From NCBI RefSeq assembly GCF_006345805.1, contig NC_043001.1, forward strand, positions 112,282,001 to 112,346,000: a stretch of DNA of 64,000 bases, given 5' to 3'. The position numbers were made by a program, and so were the translations under genes. This DNA is from Octopus sinensis (Eukaryota). Shown one piece after another: positions 38,085 to 50,972 of the stretch. The notes below the pieces were generated by a model. It did not search any database. It saw only the letters and a program-made list of their open reading frames with translations, and had not been told where the DNA came from. Each line of letters starts with the position of its first letter. Positions within the stretch are counted from its first letter, which is position 1.

Positions 38085-40215
38085 GTAGTATATGACAGAT
38101 ACGATGTAAGCATTCGCCGCCTCCGCCCGACCTTTCAGGGACAGCTTTCTCTCGGCCCATTTCTTTGTGAGACTGGCTACCCTGTCTGTCACCTCACCCC
38201 AGTCCACTTGGAGATTCTGGACCGAACCAGACCCCGAGCAAATTAACAGGTCCTGTCTTCCAGTACCCCACAACGCTGTCGGTTGGCACGGGCCTACCTC
38301 TCCAGGTGTCGAGCTGCAGGCCCACTGAATTCTCCTGGTTGATCATTGTTCCTGTCACCGCTTCGTATTCTTTTAGGGTAGTGCCGACCCTCTCGATTTC
38401 TGACACCATCACGATGACGTCATCCGCACATGCTGACACGAACCTTCCGCATCCCAGTTCACCTGGGATGTCCCTCAAAACCTCCAGCTTTTGCAGTAAT
38501 GGCTCGAGTACCAGTACGTAGAGAAGGGTTAGAATAGGCATCCTTGACGGACCAAACGTACGATATTAAACGATTCCGAGAGGTGGCCCTTTACTTTGAC
38601 CACCGAACATAGTTGCTGAACATTGCAGCGACCCAGCCGCTGAAAACGGGACCGAAACCAGCCGCATTGAGAACAGCCTCCAAGTACAGATGGTCGACCC
38701 TATCAAAATCCGGGTTCTTTAACAACCCTCTCTATGATGTATTGATTGAGGTGGAGGTTGTCGGGCATAGTTTTGCTGGGTATAGCGCAAGTCTGCGCAT
38801 CGCCCATCAGTCTGTCAACGACAAGCACCAACCTCTTTGGTAAAAGTTTGGCCAAAATTTTGTTATCTGTACTTAGCAAAGATACCGACCTAAAGTTATC
38901 AACAATGTTTCCCTTGTTCGTATCCTTTCTCAGTAGTGTCACCGCACCTCGGCTCACACATCCGGGTATTCTCCCATTCTGCTGCCAGTTGCGGTAGACG
39001 TCTCCGAAAAACTCACCAAACCACTTTGGCATATGTGTATAAATTTCGAAGGGCAGACTATCCACTCCCGGATATCTCTCCCTCGTACAATTACCCAACG
39101 CGTCACGTATATATTCAGCTATTATCAGCATTTTGCAGAACTCCACGTCCCTGGCCGAAAGCCGCGGTATACCAACAAGGTAGGAAGTGAAATTCCTCTC
39201 CGACTCTGGGCCACTGCGCGCCGCCCCGTACAGTTGAGCAATATGCCGCGGAAATTCCGCAGAAATCTGCTTCGACTTGTGGAGCATGCGCCCCTTCCGA
39301 CCCCTCAAAAACCGAATTGTAGGTTTATTACCACGTTGCGCCTCGGACACTCGGGCCAATCGAACGACTTTCGTTCCATACTGCTTCAGAGCTCGCACCC
39401 TAGCTATGAAAATGCAACCTTTCTGCTTGGTGGTGAAGAATTGGTTCAGAACCAATCTCGCTGCTAGCATGTCGGTCGCCATGCCTCTACTGAGTGCCTC
39501 TTCTAATTTCCAAACTGTTTCCCTCTATTCTAGTCTTCTCTATCTCTAGTTCTTTGCTAAATTCTACAGCTTCTACTCTAATCGCCCATTTCAGGGCTCC
39601 CCACCATCGGTTGTTGACCACTGGACGTGTCAACTTTTGATGGACAAGCTTGCTAAGCCAGTCTCTGAAAGCTGGACGCTCCGGGAAGGATGTGTTCAGC
39701 TACCAGTATGCAGGTTCCTGCCTATAGAGCCTATCTAAGTCAAATGTACAGATCAGAAAATTGTGATCTGTAAAGATGAAGAATTCAAATTGTGGACACC
39801 CTATGCTATTCCTATCTGCTGGCCTACAAATTACACTATCTAGGTAAGATCTGGATGACCCGACACTGTTTGGCCATCACCACACTGGAATGAATCCTCT
39901 CTGGATCTGTCAGCAAGCTGGAAACGACTGAGCAGGTTTGCAAAGCTTGTGCACCCCCATTTTCTATCCGCTAACCCCATCCAATCCACACTTTCATCCA
40001 AAATGACGTTCCAGTCGCCCATTAATACTAAAGAGCGAGACGTCTCTAGAAAAGTTGCAGGCGTCTGAAGAACTCCGGCTGCCCCGTACCAATAGGTGCG
40101 TACACCTACAAAAAATCACCATTGCTTGGAACTGCAAGAATTCTTCGCAGGGTTCTTGAGCATGACCATTTAACAAGTGTCACCTTAGTCTGCTGGTTGT
40201 GGACAGCTGAGACTT
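38085..40215 (-). pseudogene. L1/Tx1-type LINE ORF2 remnant (APE endonuclease + RT)
   Basis: APE motifs VYAP, MGDWN, SYLD, FTDH; RT motifs NFRSVSLLSTDNKILAK, DRVDH, VRQGC, ADDV, KWAERKLSLKGRA; multiple stops and frameshifts. Confidence 0.92.
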
Positions 40216-40274
40216 TCCATTATACCTAGCAATATAAGCTGCGTGTTTTGATCACATAATAATAATAATTATAA

Positions 40275-40475
40275 GGATAATAATGATTTCAAATGTGTGC
40301 ACAAAGCCAGCAATTTGGATGGTGGGGTTAAATCGATTACATCGATCCCAGTGCTCAACTGGTACTTATTTTATCGAACCCAAAAAATGAAAGGCAAAGT
40401 CCACTTCAGCGGAATTTGAATTCAGAACTGAAGGACGGATGAAATGTCGCTAATCATCTTGCCCGGCGTGCTAAA
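40275..40475 (-). mobile_element. SINE family B monomer
   Basis: AAATCGATTACATCGATCCCAGTG..GAAAGGCAAAGTCCACTTCAGCGGAATTTGAATTCAGAAC..CCCGGCGTGCTAA. Confidence 0.85.
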
Positions 40476-40489
40476 CTTTGAATGATACT

Positions 40490-40935
40490 CAAGCTGAGGA
40501 GGCCAAGAGAAATGTGGAAACTGTTGTTGGAAAGACAGCAAACTGAATGGAAGAGAAAAAAATCGCTTTAACATTTGGTTAGTACGTGAGAAGAGAAACC
40601 TTAGCATGGCAAATATGTGGTCCCTAGCAAACATGGTGATTTTGCCCAGAAGCATACCCATCAACGGTTACGTAGCTCAGGCTGAAAGGCAGAGAGCGAA
40701 GGCTTCATCATTACTGTTCAAGATCAAAGCTTATTGACGCGGAGGACCAAGGCAATGTGACGAAAAATTAAACAATTCCAAACTGCCAATCCTGCAACGA
40801 GGAGAATGAAACAGTGGACCACTTAATTTTGCATGTAAAGTTTTAACACCAGTAGAGTATAAATCAAGACAGATTTGGCCAATAACTACATTGGTTAAAA
40901 TGTCGGCATTATGAAATAAAAACTGTTGACAAAGC
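40490..40935 (+). pseudogene. R4/Dong-type LINE fragment (pre-finger region + CCHC finger)
   Basis: ..HGKYV..LRSSG.KAESEGFIITVQDQSL..CQSCNEENETVDHLI..KVLTPVEYKSR..LHW..; same subfamily motifs as copy B. Confidence 0.8.
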
Positions 40936-41240
40936 CATTAGTTTTCAGAAGGGGTGTTAGTCGATGCAATTGTCACCAGTACTGGACTAGTGTATCATTT
41001 AATCGTTCCCAGGGGGAACAGGGCGCGATTTTAACTCAGCGCAAAGCGTTATTTCCGTCGCTCTAAAGATTCTGCTACCTCATAATAAATACATAAAGTT
41101 TTCTGTACTTTTTAAAAATAAAAATGACTAAGCCTTCTACACACACACGCGCGCTTACTCCCTTATATATATATCTTTATCTTTATTTTTATCTTTATCT
41201 TTTATTAAACTTTTAATACTTTTGATATCTATAAAAAAAT

Positions 41241-41271
<31 letters not shown>

Positions 41272-42104
41272 TAATTAATTAATTAATTAATAAAATAATA
41301 TATAAATATAAAAATATACATACATATATATATATATATTTGGATATATATATTTAAAATTTATAAGTTTAAATTATTTAAATAATTTTTTAATTTTTAA
41401 CTTTTATATTTTAAATTAATTTTATGTATTGGCTTATGTTTTTCACTGTTTGATTTGCCTAATAGTGGTTTTATCTCTAATTTAATATAATATAATATAA
41501 TATATATTATATATATATATATATATATAATAATATATATATATATATTTGCATACACATTAACGATTCGCTAAATCATCCATAGATTTCTATGGCGTAG
41601 ACATATAAGCTGGGAATGATCATTGTCCGGGAACAGCCGAGTCGAGCCGATCCCATGGAAGCGGCTACGGCAAAAGTCAAAAATGATTGATCAGTCTGGA
41701 AATATCTTGACCGTTGCTTCTCGGTCGATTTTAGCTCCTGTCAGCATGTATCTATACGGCTATGTGCTTTGACTGCAGCATTATAGCGTTTAGCTCTTAT
41801 TTCTAGCAATGTAGGTGTTTATAGCACTCTCAGTCATGTTTGATAGCGGTTATAGTTTTTTCTTTTTGGTACACATTTACTTACTGCATCATAAATCAGT
41901 TATATATATATATAATAAATATATGAATATATATACATACATTTATGTACATACCTATATTTGACCTTCTCGAGGTGTGGATGGCAATCCTCTTTGCTCC
42001 GTTCGCCATTCACAGAAATCAGCGTTCGTAATACTTTCTTTCGTTCGGCTTAACAGCCCTTCTTATCTTGTTTTTCTTTCTCCTGTCTTTTACTGTTTAT
42101 AATT

Positions 42105-42480
42105 TGTACTGTCGTTACTGTCCTGGTTTTGTTACCATTTTTACCCCTCTGCAAAAAGATCTCAAATTTTAATTGATTTGCTTTTCGCAGGAAGGAAAGT
42201 TTCTTATTCGAAGATACGTCTCGCCTTCACCTTCGAAACGTAGAGTAGATGAAACCATGGCGACTGAAGAAGGGTTTTTTTCTTTGTGTTAATTGTCCTG
42301 TACTCTATTTTTTTGTTGTTTAAAAAAATGTCCAGTTCCTTAGGTTTGTGTCTATGTTTTCGTTTCTCATTGTGTTCGACGCTTTTTTGGTGTCCTGTAC
42401 TCATATATGCGTGTATATGTACATGTAGAGGTAGGTACGTACATATATGTTTATATATATGCATATGTTTTATTTATTAA
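42105..42480. repeat. Foldback-family repeat, inverted copy of 612-980
   Basis: Direct reverse-complement similarity; contains GAAACGTA (42235) and CTGAAGAAGGG (42264). Confidence 0.75.
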
Positions 42481-42509
42481 TATATATATATATATGTATA
42501 TGTACAAGC

Positions 42510-42690
42510 ATATATGGGTACAGGACATAAAAAACCTCAACAAAATGAGAAACGAGAACATAAAAATAAAAACATAGAAAACGAACTGTTTCTTTCGTTG
42601 TTCGAGAAAAAGTTCGTTTTCTATGTTTTTGTCTTTTATGTTCTCGTTTCTCATTTTGTTGAAGTTCTTTTTTATGTCCTGTACCTATAT
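42510..42690. repeat. Hairpin with ~75 bp arms, same family
   Basis: GGTACAGGACATAAAAAA..CATAGAAAACGAACT pairs with AGTTCGTTTTCTATG..TTTTATGTCCTGTACC. Confidence 0.85.
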
Positions 42691-42810
42691 ATACATGCAT
42701 ATATACATATATATGTAAGTATGTACATATATGTATGTAAATATGCATATATTTATACAATATTCATATTATTATTTGATCGAACACACGCATCTGTTTT
42801 CAAGTAAGTT

Positions 42811-42862
<52 letters not shown>

Positions 42863-43549
42863 TCATCTATCTATCTATCTACCTATCTATCTATCTATCT
42901 ATCTATCTATATATATATATATATATCTAAAGAAATATAACATGTGACTTCATTGACCGAGGTTACCGTGGTCTTTTCCGTAGGCTTTTCTTTCCACGGG
43001 TAAACCTCACCTGTCCTCCCCTTTATACTTCATATTGAAATTTCTGTGATTACGATCCCTATTGATCAACTTTTTTTTACTCTCCCCTTTTCTTTTTTTC
43101 CCTCTCCCCCCTTTTTTTAAAATCCTCCCCTTTTTTGTCCTCTTTCTTTCCTTTTACGATCCCTTTTGATCGAAAACCAACCCCCTTTTTTTTACCCCCA
43201 AAAGAAAAGCTCTATCTTGTAATTTGTTCTGTCTGTGTGCAGCCCTGTGTGGCTAACAAAGAAACATATCTATCTATATACAATTTGTTTCTAAAACTGT
43301 TGTGTAGTATTTTATATAAAGAGAATACAATGATCTTTATCGAAAAATCCATCTGCTCCTCTAGAGGGGTACAAAATTTGAAGTCTTTGATGTGACCAGA
43401 TTGAGACTGGTGCTGATGCTGAACCGCATTAATTCAACACTCTAGAGTCCCCAACCAAAGGGTCACAATTACCATACACATACAAACACACACGAACACA
43501 CATACACACACACGTATGCGATTGCGAGCAGGTGTGTGTGTGTATAAAA

Positions 43550-43700
43550 TCGCATGGCCTAGTGCTTAGAGTGTTGGAGATATAACTATGAGACGATAAT
43601 TTCGATTTCAAGCCGGTGGAGTGTTGTGTCCATGAGAAAGACATTTACATTAACATTGCTCCAGTCTGGTCAGTTGTAAATGAGTACTAGCCTAGTGCTT
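43550..43700 (+). mobile_element. Old tRNA/CORE SINE fragment
   Basis: GCATGGCCTAGTGCTTAGAGTG..TTTCGATTTCAAG..TGTGTCCATGAGAAAGACA..TTGCTCCAGTC..CAGTTGTAAATGAGTAC. Confidence 0.6.
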
Positions 43701-44353
43701 GTGCAGCTTTCTCGTCTCTCATCTTTCACATCCACAATGACCTGCTGGATCAAGAGTGGAAGGAGCCAGGAGGTGGTTATGTCTGTTCGTGACGAAACGG
43801 GCACCTAAATCAAATATGAAAGTGTCGTACAAGCTTTCAAGTCATTCTCGATTGCGAGTGACGTCTCACATTTGTAAGTGTATATATACACATATGAACA
43901 TACGGGTGGGTTGATTTACAGTGAAAAATATTTCATAGAAGGACAACAAAGAAATATTTTCAGGAAAATGAATGACTGCATAAAAAAGAACGTGCATAGT
44001 CCAATATCTTCATTGAATTAGTTATTTGAAACAGCTGTAGGTCTTCAATATTCATCACATCTTTTTCATTTACAGACTTGATCATCTTATAATAAGCAAC
44101 ACGTGTGTTTTGGAGCTGGAGTTGTATAATATTGTTTTTTTTACTTTATTCGAATTTGAATCGAAGTGTAATTGATACATTGATTAATAAACTATTGATC
44201 AATTACCGTTTTCATTTGTGTTTTTTATTCAACTTTTTTTATGCTACAGGCTGAGCTACCGTTTTTTCCACGACAGATTGAACCTGCTATACACACACGC
44301 ATATTTATATGTATGTATACATGCATGCCTGTATGCATGTATGTATAACTATA

Positions 44354-44455
<102 letters not shown>

Positions 44456-44508
44456 GCAATACGAATGTATTACTTTCCAGTAAAAGATAGCCATTGTTGT
44501 ACCATTTA

Positions 44509-44549
<41 letters not shown>

Positions 44550-44645
44550 TCAATATAGGGTGGCAAAAAGTTTTGTAGAATTTTTTTGCCACCAGCGGCC
44601 TAGTGGGAAAAAATTAAATAGTCATAGACCATTTTTAAGTTCAAC

Positions 44646-44917
44646 ATCAACAATCAAGGAACGGCCATAATAGGCCATTCACCCACTAGAAATAACAGCC
44701 AAAGCTTCAACCGCAAATAAAAATCAATTCCGTAAACCAGGAGAAAATTTAAAAAACATTTACCCTGTAATTTCTTGTGCATCGTATAAGAAATTACAGG
44801 GTAAATGTTTTTTAAATTTTCTCCTGGTTTACGGAATTGATTTTTATTTGCGGTTGAAGCTTTGGCTGTTATTTCTAGTGGTGAATGGCCTATTATGGCC
44901 GTTCCTTGATTGTTGAT
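44646..44917. repeat. Near-perfect 130 bp-arm hairpin with 11 nt loop
   Basis: 44646-44776 is the reverse complement of 44788-44917 apart from about one indel. Confidence 0.93.
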
Positions 44918-45349
44918 ATATATATATATATATATATATATACACGCACACATGCACGCACTCTCATATGTAACAGCTGCACGCATACGTTATGTTATAT
45001 TGATATGTTATATTGTTAAAGTTATTACTGTAGAGTTGCCTCTATTGCATAACTTGAATTTATTCAGCGCCTTTGCAAACCAGTGTAACGTTACGCACTG
45101 TTTCTATGTAATTCGGGATAGCTGATTCAATTTCGTTTCGCAAGTGACACGTCAACGGTTACATACGTACCTGTCACTCACCCAATTATTCTGGGCCGAT
45201 TTCATTTGGCCTAGCTCTGAAGTGTATTGTGCTGCTTAGCACTATACATCTATTAAGTTACTTTTCCCGAACAAAACCTGAAGCTTCCGCCATTTTCTCT
45301 CACATATACATTAAGTATGTTATGCTGGGAAATTTTATATACATATGTG

Positions 45350-45622
45350 TTTATGTATGTATGTATGTATGTATATATGTATGAATGTATGTATGTATGT
45401 ATGAATGTATGTATGTATGTATGTATGTATGTATGTATGTATGCGTGCGTGTATGTGTGTATTTATGTATGTATGTATGTATGTATGTATGTGTGCGTGT
45501 ATGTATGTATGTATGTATGTAAGTATGTATGTATGTATGTATGCATGTATGTATGTATGTATGTATGCATGTATGTATGTATGTTGTATGTATGTATGTA
45601 TGTATGCATGCGTGCGTGCGTG

Positions 45623-45653
<31 letters not shown>

Positions 45654-45790
45654 GTATGTATGTATGTATGTATGTATTATGTATGTATGTGTATATGTGT
45701 GTGTTTGTGTGTGTGTGTGTGTGCGTGCGTGCGTATATGTATGTATGTATGTATGTATGTGTGTATGTATGTATATATACATGTATACGC
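45350..45790. repeat. (TATG)n microsatellite
   Basis: Direct reading. Confidence 0.96.
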
Positions 45791-47362
45791 ATGTAAAATT
45801 CAAGCTATGACCATCCGTCTTCTCAATCCCAGTTTTATCACAATCCACATTTTGCAACATCTATCTTGTTCTAGATAGAATTAGTGGTTGATTTAATAAG
45901 AATTTTGGTGCTACCTTTCCTGAAACCTTCAACTGCTGGTGATCATTGCTCTAAATAGTGGATCATCTTGAAGTCCCCTTAATGGAAATGGTAAGGCTAG
46001 GTACATTATGCTTCGCTTTTTAAATTTTCTTTTTTGGCTTAGAAACCTTCTTTCCAATACGTGGGAATTCATAAGACAAGAAAAAAAAGGAAATTACCAG
46101 TAGTATATTCGGGGAGATTTTTCATTGATCATGCTGTTCTACGAACGATTGAACTCATGCTTAATCAGATTAAATCAATATCGATATCCAGTAAATATCT
46201 TCCTCTGAACATCTGTCTACTGTTTTAACGGGTCTCCTAACATTTATTGTCGCCTTATGTAAATATTTGATCACCATGTTTGTTCTCAGAGACCACGGTT
46301 TCATATCCAAAGACACAATACATACGATGCTTCGACTGTTGTAATTTGTTACTTCTTTTTCTTCTTTTTCTTTACTTCCGCTTGACTTCCGCTCTGTCAA
46401 ATGTCTCTATTGTTCCGGAAGTTGCTGGAGGCAGTCAGTTGTTTCCGTACTGTGATACCAACAATTCAAATTTCATGAAGCGTTCAGTTGCGGAGTATTG
46501 TAACACATTGTTGGTGATGTCGCGATGTGTTAGTATAATATATTCTACTAATCGAACTACGATTTGCTCTTTGCTTCCTCATAATTGTACTTTGATAACG
46601 CTTTATCTCATTAGTAACGGCACCAGAAGAGATCTGTTCATTAATCGCAACCCTCACCAACCTCTTACTCTAAACAAAACAGAAGTAGTCTTCTGTTCTA
46701 TTAGTTACCCTATTGACATGACTCGTTTGAATTTGTTTGTGTTCTATAATCGGAAACATCTCGGTTAAATTCCATTCGTTGTTCCAATGATGAAAGCAAT
46801 AATAACTCGGGGAAGATGTGTCCCATATGCTAACATGTCCACACTTTATAGACCGACTACATTCTCAGTGCCAAATATGCATGACTCACTTCGCTTAGGT
46901 TCTCATCCAAATCCGAAAAGTAATTCTGTAAATTTTCAAAACAAAATTTACTGGAAGTGATCAATATTCCGACTCTAGTACGACACGTGCATTGTACACA
47001 CAAGCACATACACGCACAAAAAGATATCCAACACAAAATATTCACATATACACACTCATATACATGCGTGCGAGCGCGAGTAACACGCACACACGTATAA
47101 ATATATATATTATAGATGTATGAGGACACACAATGTGTTTATATATAAATGTATGCACGTGTGTATATATGCATGTATATATATATATAATATATATATA
47201 TATATACATATATGTCTGTATATACACATACATACATACTGAGAGAAAGAGAAATAATATATAGATGTATGCATATATACATGCATATATGTACATACCT
47301 ACATATTTATGTATATATACATGCATATATGGGTACAGAAGATAAAAAAAACGTAGACAAAG

Positions 47363-47643
47363 TGAGAAACAATAACATAAAAAACAGAAACAGAGAAAAC
47401 GAACATTTTTACGAACAAGGAAAAAAACAGAGAACCGAGACATGCAACATAAAGAACATTCCCTTCATCAGTTGTCTCCTGTTTTACCTACCTTCAAAAC
47501 GCGGAGTAGATAAAACAGGGGAAAACTGATGAAGGGAATATTCTTTATGTTGCATGTCTCGGTTCTCTGTTTGTTTGTTTTCTTCCTTGTTCGTAAAAAT
47601 GTTCGTTTTCTATGTTTCTGTTTTTTATGGTATCATTTCTCAT
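47363..47643. repeat. Hairpin with ~130 bp arms, foldback family
   Basis: AGAGAACCGAGACATGCAACATAAAGAACATTCCCTTCATCAGTT pairs with AACTGATGAAGGGAATATTCTTTATGTTGCATGTCTCGGTTCTCT; loop ~47492-47505. Confidence 0.9.
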
Positions 47644-47889
47644 GACATCGACCCCAGTGCTCAAATGATACTGATTTTATCAGCCTTCGAAACGATGAAA
47701 GTCGACCCCAGCGCAATTTGAACTCAACTTAAGGACGGAAGAAATGCCTCTAATTTGCCGTTTCTGTCAACTCGTCTCTTTACACACACACGCATGCACA
47801 CACACACACAAACACACACAAATACACACATACACGCACTTTAATTATATAAAATATATTTAAAGCATGGGTCATGTGACCCATTCTTT

Positions 47890-48080
47890 AAATCTGTCTT
47901 AAACCGTTTATATTTTCTCTCTTTGCTTATTTCTGTGTTCCTTTCTGTTGAAAAGCGTAGGCTCGAAATGTAAAAGACTTTCTCACCTCCCAAGCGTTAA
48001 ACTCATCCATCCGTTTGTTGTTTACATACCCGTCTCCATCTTTTTTTCTTTTTTTTGTTTTGTAAATTCCAATTAAACAT
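47890..48080 (+). repeat. Second copy of the variant-hammerhead repeat
   Basis: CTTT-CTGTTGAA-AAGC GTAG GCTC-GAAATGT-A-AAAG at 47941-47976. Confidence 0.65.
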
Positions 48081-48159
48081 ATTCAGTTATACATTCAAGG
48101 GGATGATGTTTCGATTTAACTAAACAAAATCCAGAAGGAAATATTTAATACATATCGAG

Positions 48160-48510
48160 GCACTCCGTCGGTTACGATAACAAGGCTTCCAGCTGATCCG
48201 ATCAACGGAATAGCTTGCTCGTGAAATTAACGTGTAAGTGGCTGAGAAATATAACGAGAAACGTGTACCCTTAACGTAGTTCTCGGGGAGATTCAGCGTG
48301 ACACAGAGTGTGACAAGGCTGGCCCTTTGAAATACAGGTACAACAGAAAGAGGCAGAAAGAGTGAGAAAAAGTTGTGGTGAGAGAGTGCCTCGTTGAGCT
48401 TTAGATGTTTTTTGCTCAATAAACACTCACAACTCCCGGTCTGGGAATCGAAACCACGATCCTACGACCTCGAGTCCACTGCCCTAACCACTAGGCCATT
48501 GCGCCTCCAC
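48160..48510 (-). mobile_element. SINE family D, near full length (internal deletion)
   Basis: Reverse complement of 48551-48929. Confidence 0.88.
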
Positions 48511-48550
48511 ATTTAATACTTATACCTTGCAGCTGTATAGAGCGCTATCA

Positions 48551-48929
48551 GTGGAGGCGCAATGGCCCAGTGGTTAGGGCAGCGGATTCGCGGTCATAGG
48601 ATCGCGGTTTCGATTCCCAGACCGGGCGTTGTGAGTGTTTATTGAACGAAAACACCTAAAGCTCCACGAGGCTCCGGCAGGGGATGGTGGTGATCCCTGC
48701 TGTACTCTTTCACCACAACTTTCTCTTTCTTCCTGTTTCTGTTGTACCTGTATTTCAAAGGGCCGGCCTTGTCACTCTCTGTGTCACGCTGAATATCCCC
48801 GAGAACTACGTTAAGGGTACACGTGTCTGTGGAGTGCTCAGCCACTTACACGTTAATTTCACGAGCACGCTGTTCCGTTGATTCGGATCAACCGGAACCC
48901 TCGTCGTCGTAACCGACGGAGTGCTTCCA
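48551..48929 (+). mobile_element. SINE family D, full length
   Basis: GTGGAGGCGCAATGGCCCAGTGGTTAGGGCAGCGG..GGTTTCGATTCCCAGACCGGGCG..GAGAACTACGTTAAGGGTACACGTGTC..AACCGACGGAGTGC. Confidence 0.9.
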
Positions 48930-49551
48930 TAGAACGGTATCTAATATTTGTGCGTGTAACTATTTATAGCGTTATTGTGAAGAGACAATACAGAACTAAA
49001 CGCAAATTAATAAAAGGACGCGTTCAATAAGAAGACAAAATGCGAATTGAATTCTCCTTAAGCCATCTTGAATCTACACTTGTTGTATTGACAAATTCTC
49101 AAAGACCGTATCATACAGGCTAAGATGACTGACCACTGGATTATTAACTATTGTATTTCTCAAAATGAATATGCTGGACGATGTCCTTCTTATGAATAAG
49201 AATTTACGTCGTTTTTATTTTCAACCTTGTGATACTACTCCGCGGTAGCGGCAGTATATAGGTTGAACTAATGAGTCCTGATTTTTAATATCTTACGTGT
49301 ACACCGCAGTGTGTGATTAAGGTGCGTTGTAACATAGAAGGAATTGTGTACTAGATAAATAACGTAACACATATATAAGTAGACATACTCGTGCGATTAT
49401 GCATGTATTTGTATATGCATATATACAAATTAACCCTTTATTATAATTATATATAATTTTTACCGAATATGGTCCTTTCCATACCGAAAAAACTACAAGG
49501 TGAAATTATTAATTTTATCGAATTAATTATATTTCACCCTTTATATGTATC

Positions 49552-49612
<61 letters not shown>

Positions 49613-49619
49613 CTGTATT

Positions 49620-49930
49620 TCATGTTTCTGTATTCCATTATTGTTTTTTGTTTTTTTTATATTCGTCCCTTTTGCTGTCCTGGTGTTCGTATGCATTCGA
49701 TCCTTCTTCCAGGAAATCTACGCTCCCAGCTTAGTTTTTCTAATGCTCGTTGCTTAGTTTTTCTTGGAGGGCTGGCCGTGATCTAGTAATCTCAAGATTA
49801 ATCAGCCGAAATTACTACGATGATCCGGTTCTTGACTGAAGACTGAGGGTTCGAATGTCCTGTCCGTGTTTATTGTATCGTCTTCTAAGAGTTATACGTT
49901 CTTGTCCATGTCGTATTTTTCTACATACCT
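49620..49930 (+). repeat. Dispersed (TA)n-flanked repeat related to 1212-1375
   Basis: See 1212-1375; contains GACTGAAGACTGAGGGTTCGAATGTCCTGTC. Confidence 0.55.
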
Positions 49931-49932
49931 TA

Positions 49933-49988
<56 letters not shown>

Positions 49989-50028
49989 TATATATATACG
50001 TATGTTTACACAAACATACTTACAGATA

Positions 50029-50062
<34 letters not shown>

Positions 50063-50114
50063 GTTCTTTCTTTCTTTCTTTCTCCATGAATACCTATTTA
50101 TCTATCTATCTATA

Positions 50115-50365
50115 CCCAGTGGCTAGATGTATCCTTGAGCAAGGCGCATTCATCCACGTTGCACCAGTCCACGCAGCTGGCAAAAATGAGTAGTACCTAC
50201 ATTTCGAACGGTCAACCTGTCATATTCTGCATCATGCTGAATCTTCATGAGAACTATGTTAGAGGTACACGCGTTCGTTAATTTGCACGTTAATTTCACG
50301 AGCAGGCTGTTCTGTTGATAGGATCAACAGGAAGACACTTCGTTCGTAATCGATGGAGTGCAAGT
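50115..50365 (+). mobile_element. Diverged SINE: CORE-like box joined to a family-D 3' module
   Basis: TGTATCCTTGAGCAAGGC..CAGTCCACGCAGCTGGCAAAAATGAG then GAGAACTATGTTAGAGGTACACG..GCACGTTAATTTCACGAGC. Confidence 0.7.
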
Positions 50366-50390
50366 ATTTATGTATTATATAACCCTGTAC

Positions 50391-50972
50391 AAGGCGGCTA
50401 GCTGGCAGAATCGTTAGCGCGCCGGGCGAAATGCTTAGCGGTATTTCATCTGCCGCTACATTCTGAGTTCAAATTCCGCCGAGGTCGACTTTGCATTTCA
50501 TCCTTTCGGGGTCGATAAATTAAGTACCAATTACGCACTGGGGTCGATATAATCGACTTAATCCGTTTGTCTGTCCTTGTTTGTCCTCTCGGTGTTTAGC
50601 CCCTTGTGGGTAATAAAAAAATAGGTATTTCGTCTGCCGTTACGTTCTGAGTTCAAATTCCGCCGAGGTCGAATTTGCCTTTCATCCTTTCGGGGTCGAT
50701 AAATTAAGTACCAATTACGCACTGGGGTCGATGTAATCGACTTAATCCGTTTGTCTGTCCTTGTTTGTCCTCTCGGTGTTTAGCCCCTTGCGGGTAGTAA
50801 ACAAATAGGTACTTCATCTATCTTTACGTTCTGTGTTCAAATTCCTCCGAGGTCGACTTTGCCTTTCATCCTTTCGGGCTCGATAAATTAAGTACCAGTT
50901 GCGTACTGAGATCGATCTAATCGACTGGTCTCCGACCCCAACATTTCAGGCCTTATACCTAGAGTAGAAAAG
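50391..50972 (+). mobile_element. SINE family B concatemer (head + 3 units) with 14 bp TSD
   Basis: ATTATATAACCCTG at 50374-50387 and 50973-50986; units 1-2 end in linker, unit 3 ends in the terminal tail. Confidence 0.93.

Noticed and set aside
41160-41460. Extremely AT-rich stretch
   Set aside because: No structure or periodicity beyond short A/T runs; may be low-quality sequence.
45150-45300. Minus-strand AAAATGGCGG (YY1/start-like) with nearby GTGAGT and GTACGT donors
   Set aside because: The frame from the ATG stops after 11 codons; such motifs are expected by chance in 64 kb.
46080-46990. Unique-looking stretch: possible old retroelement ORF, or a 36 nt minus-strand microexon NYFSDLDENLSE (46890-46925)
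   Set aside because: No diagnostic motif is recoverable, and an isolated AG..GTGAGT pair is not enough evidence.
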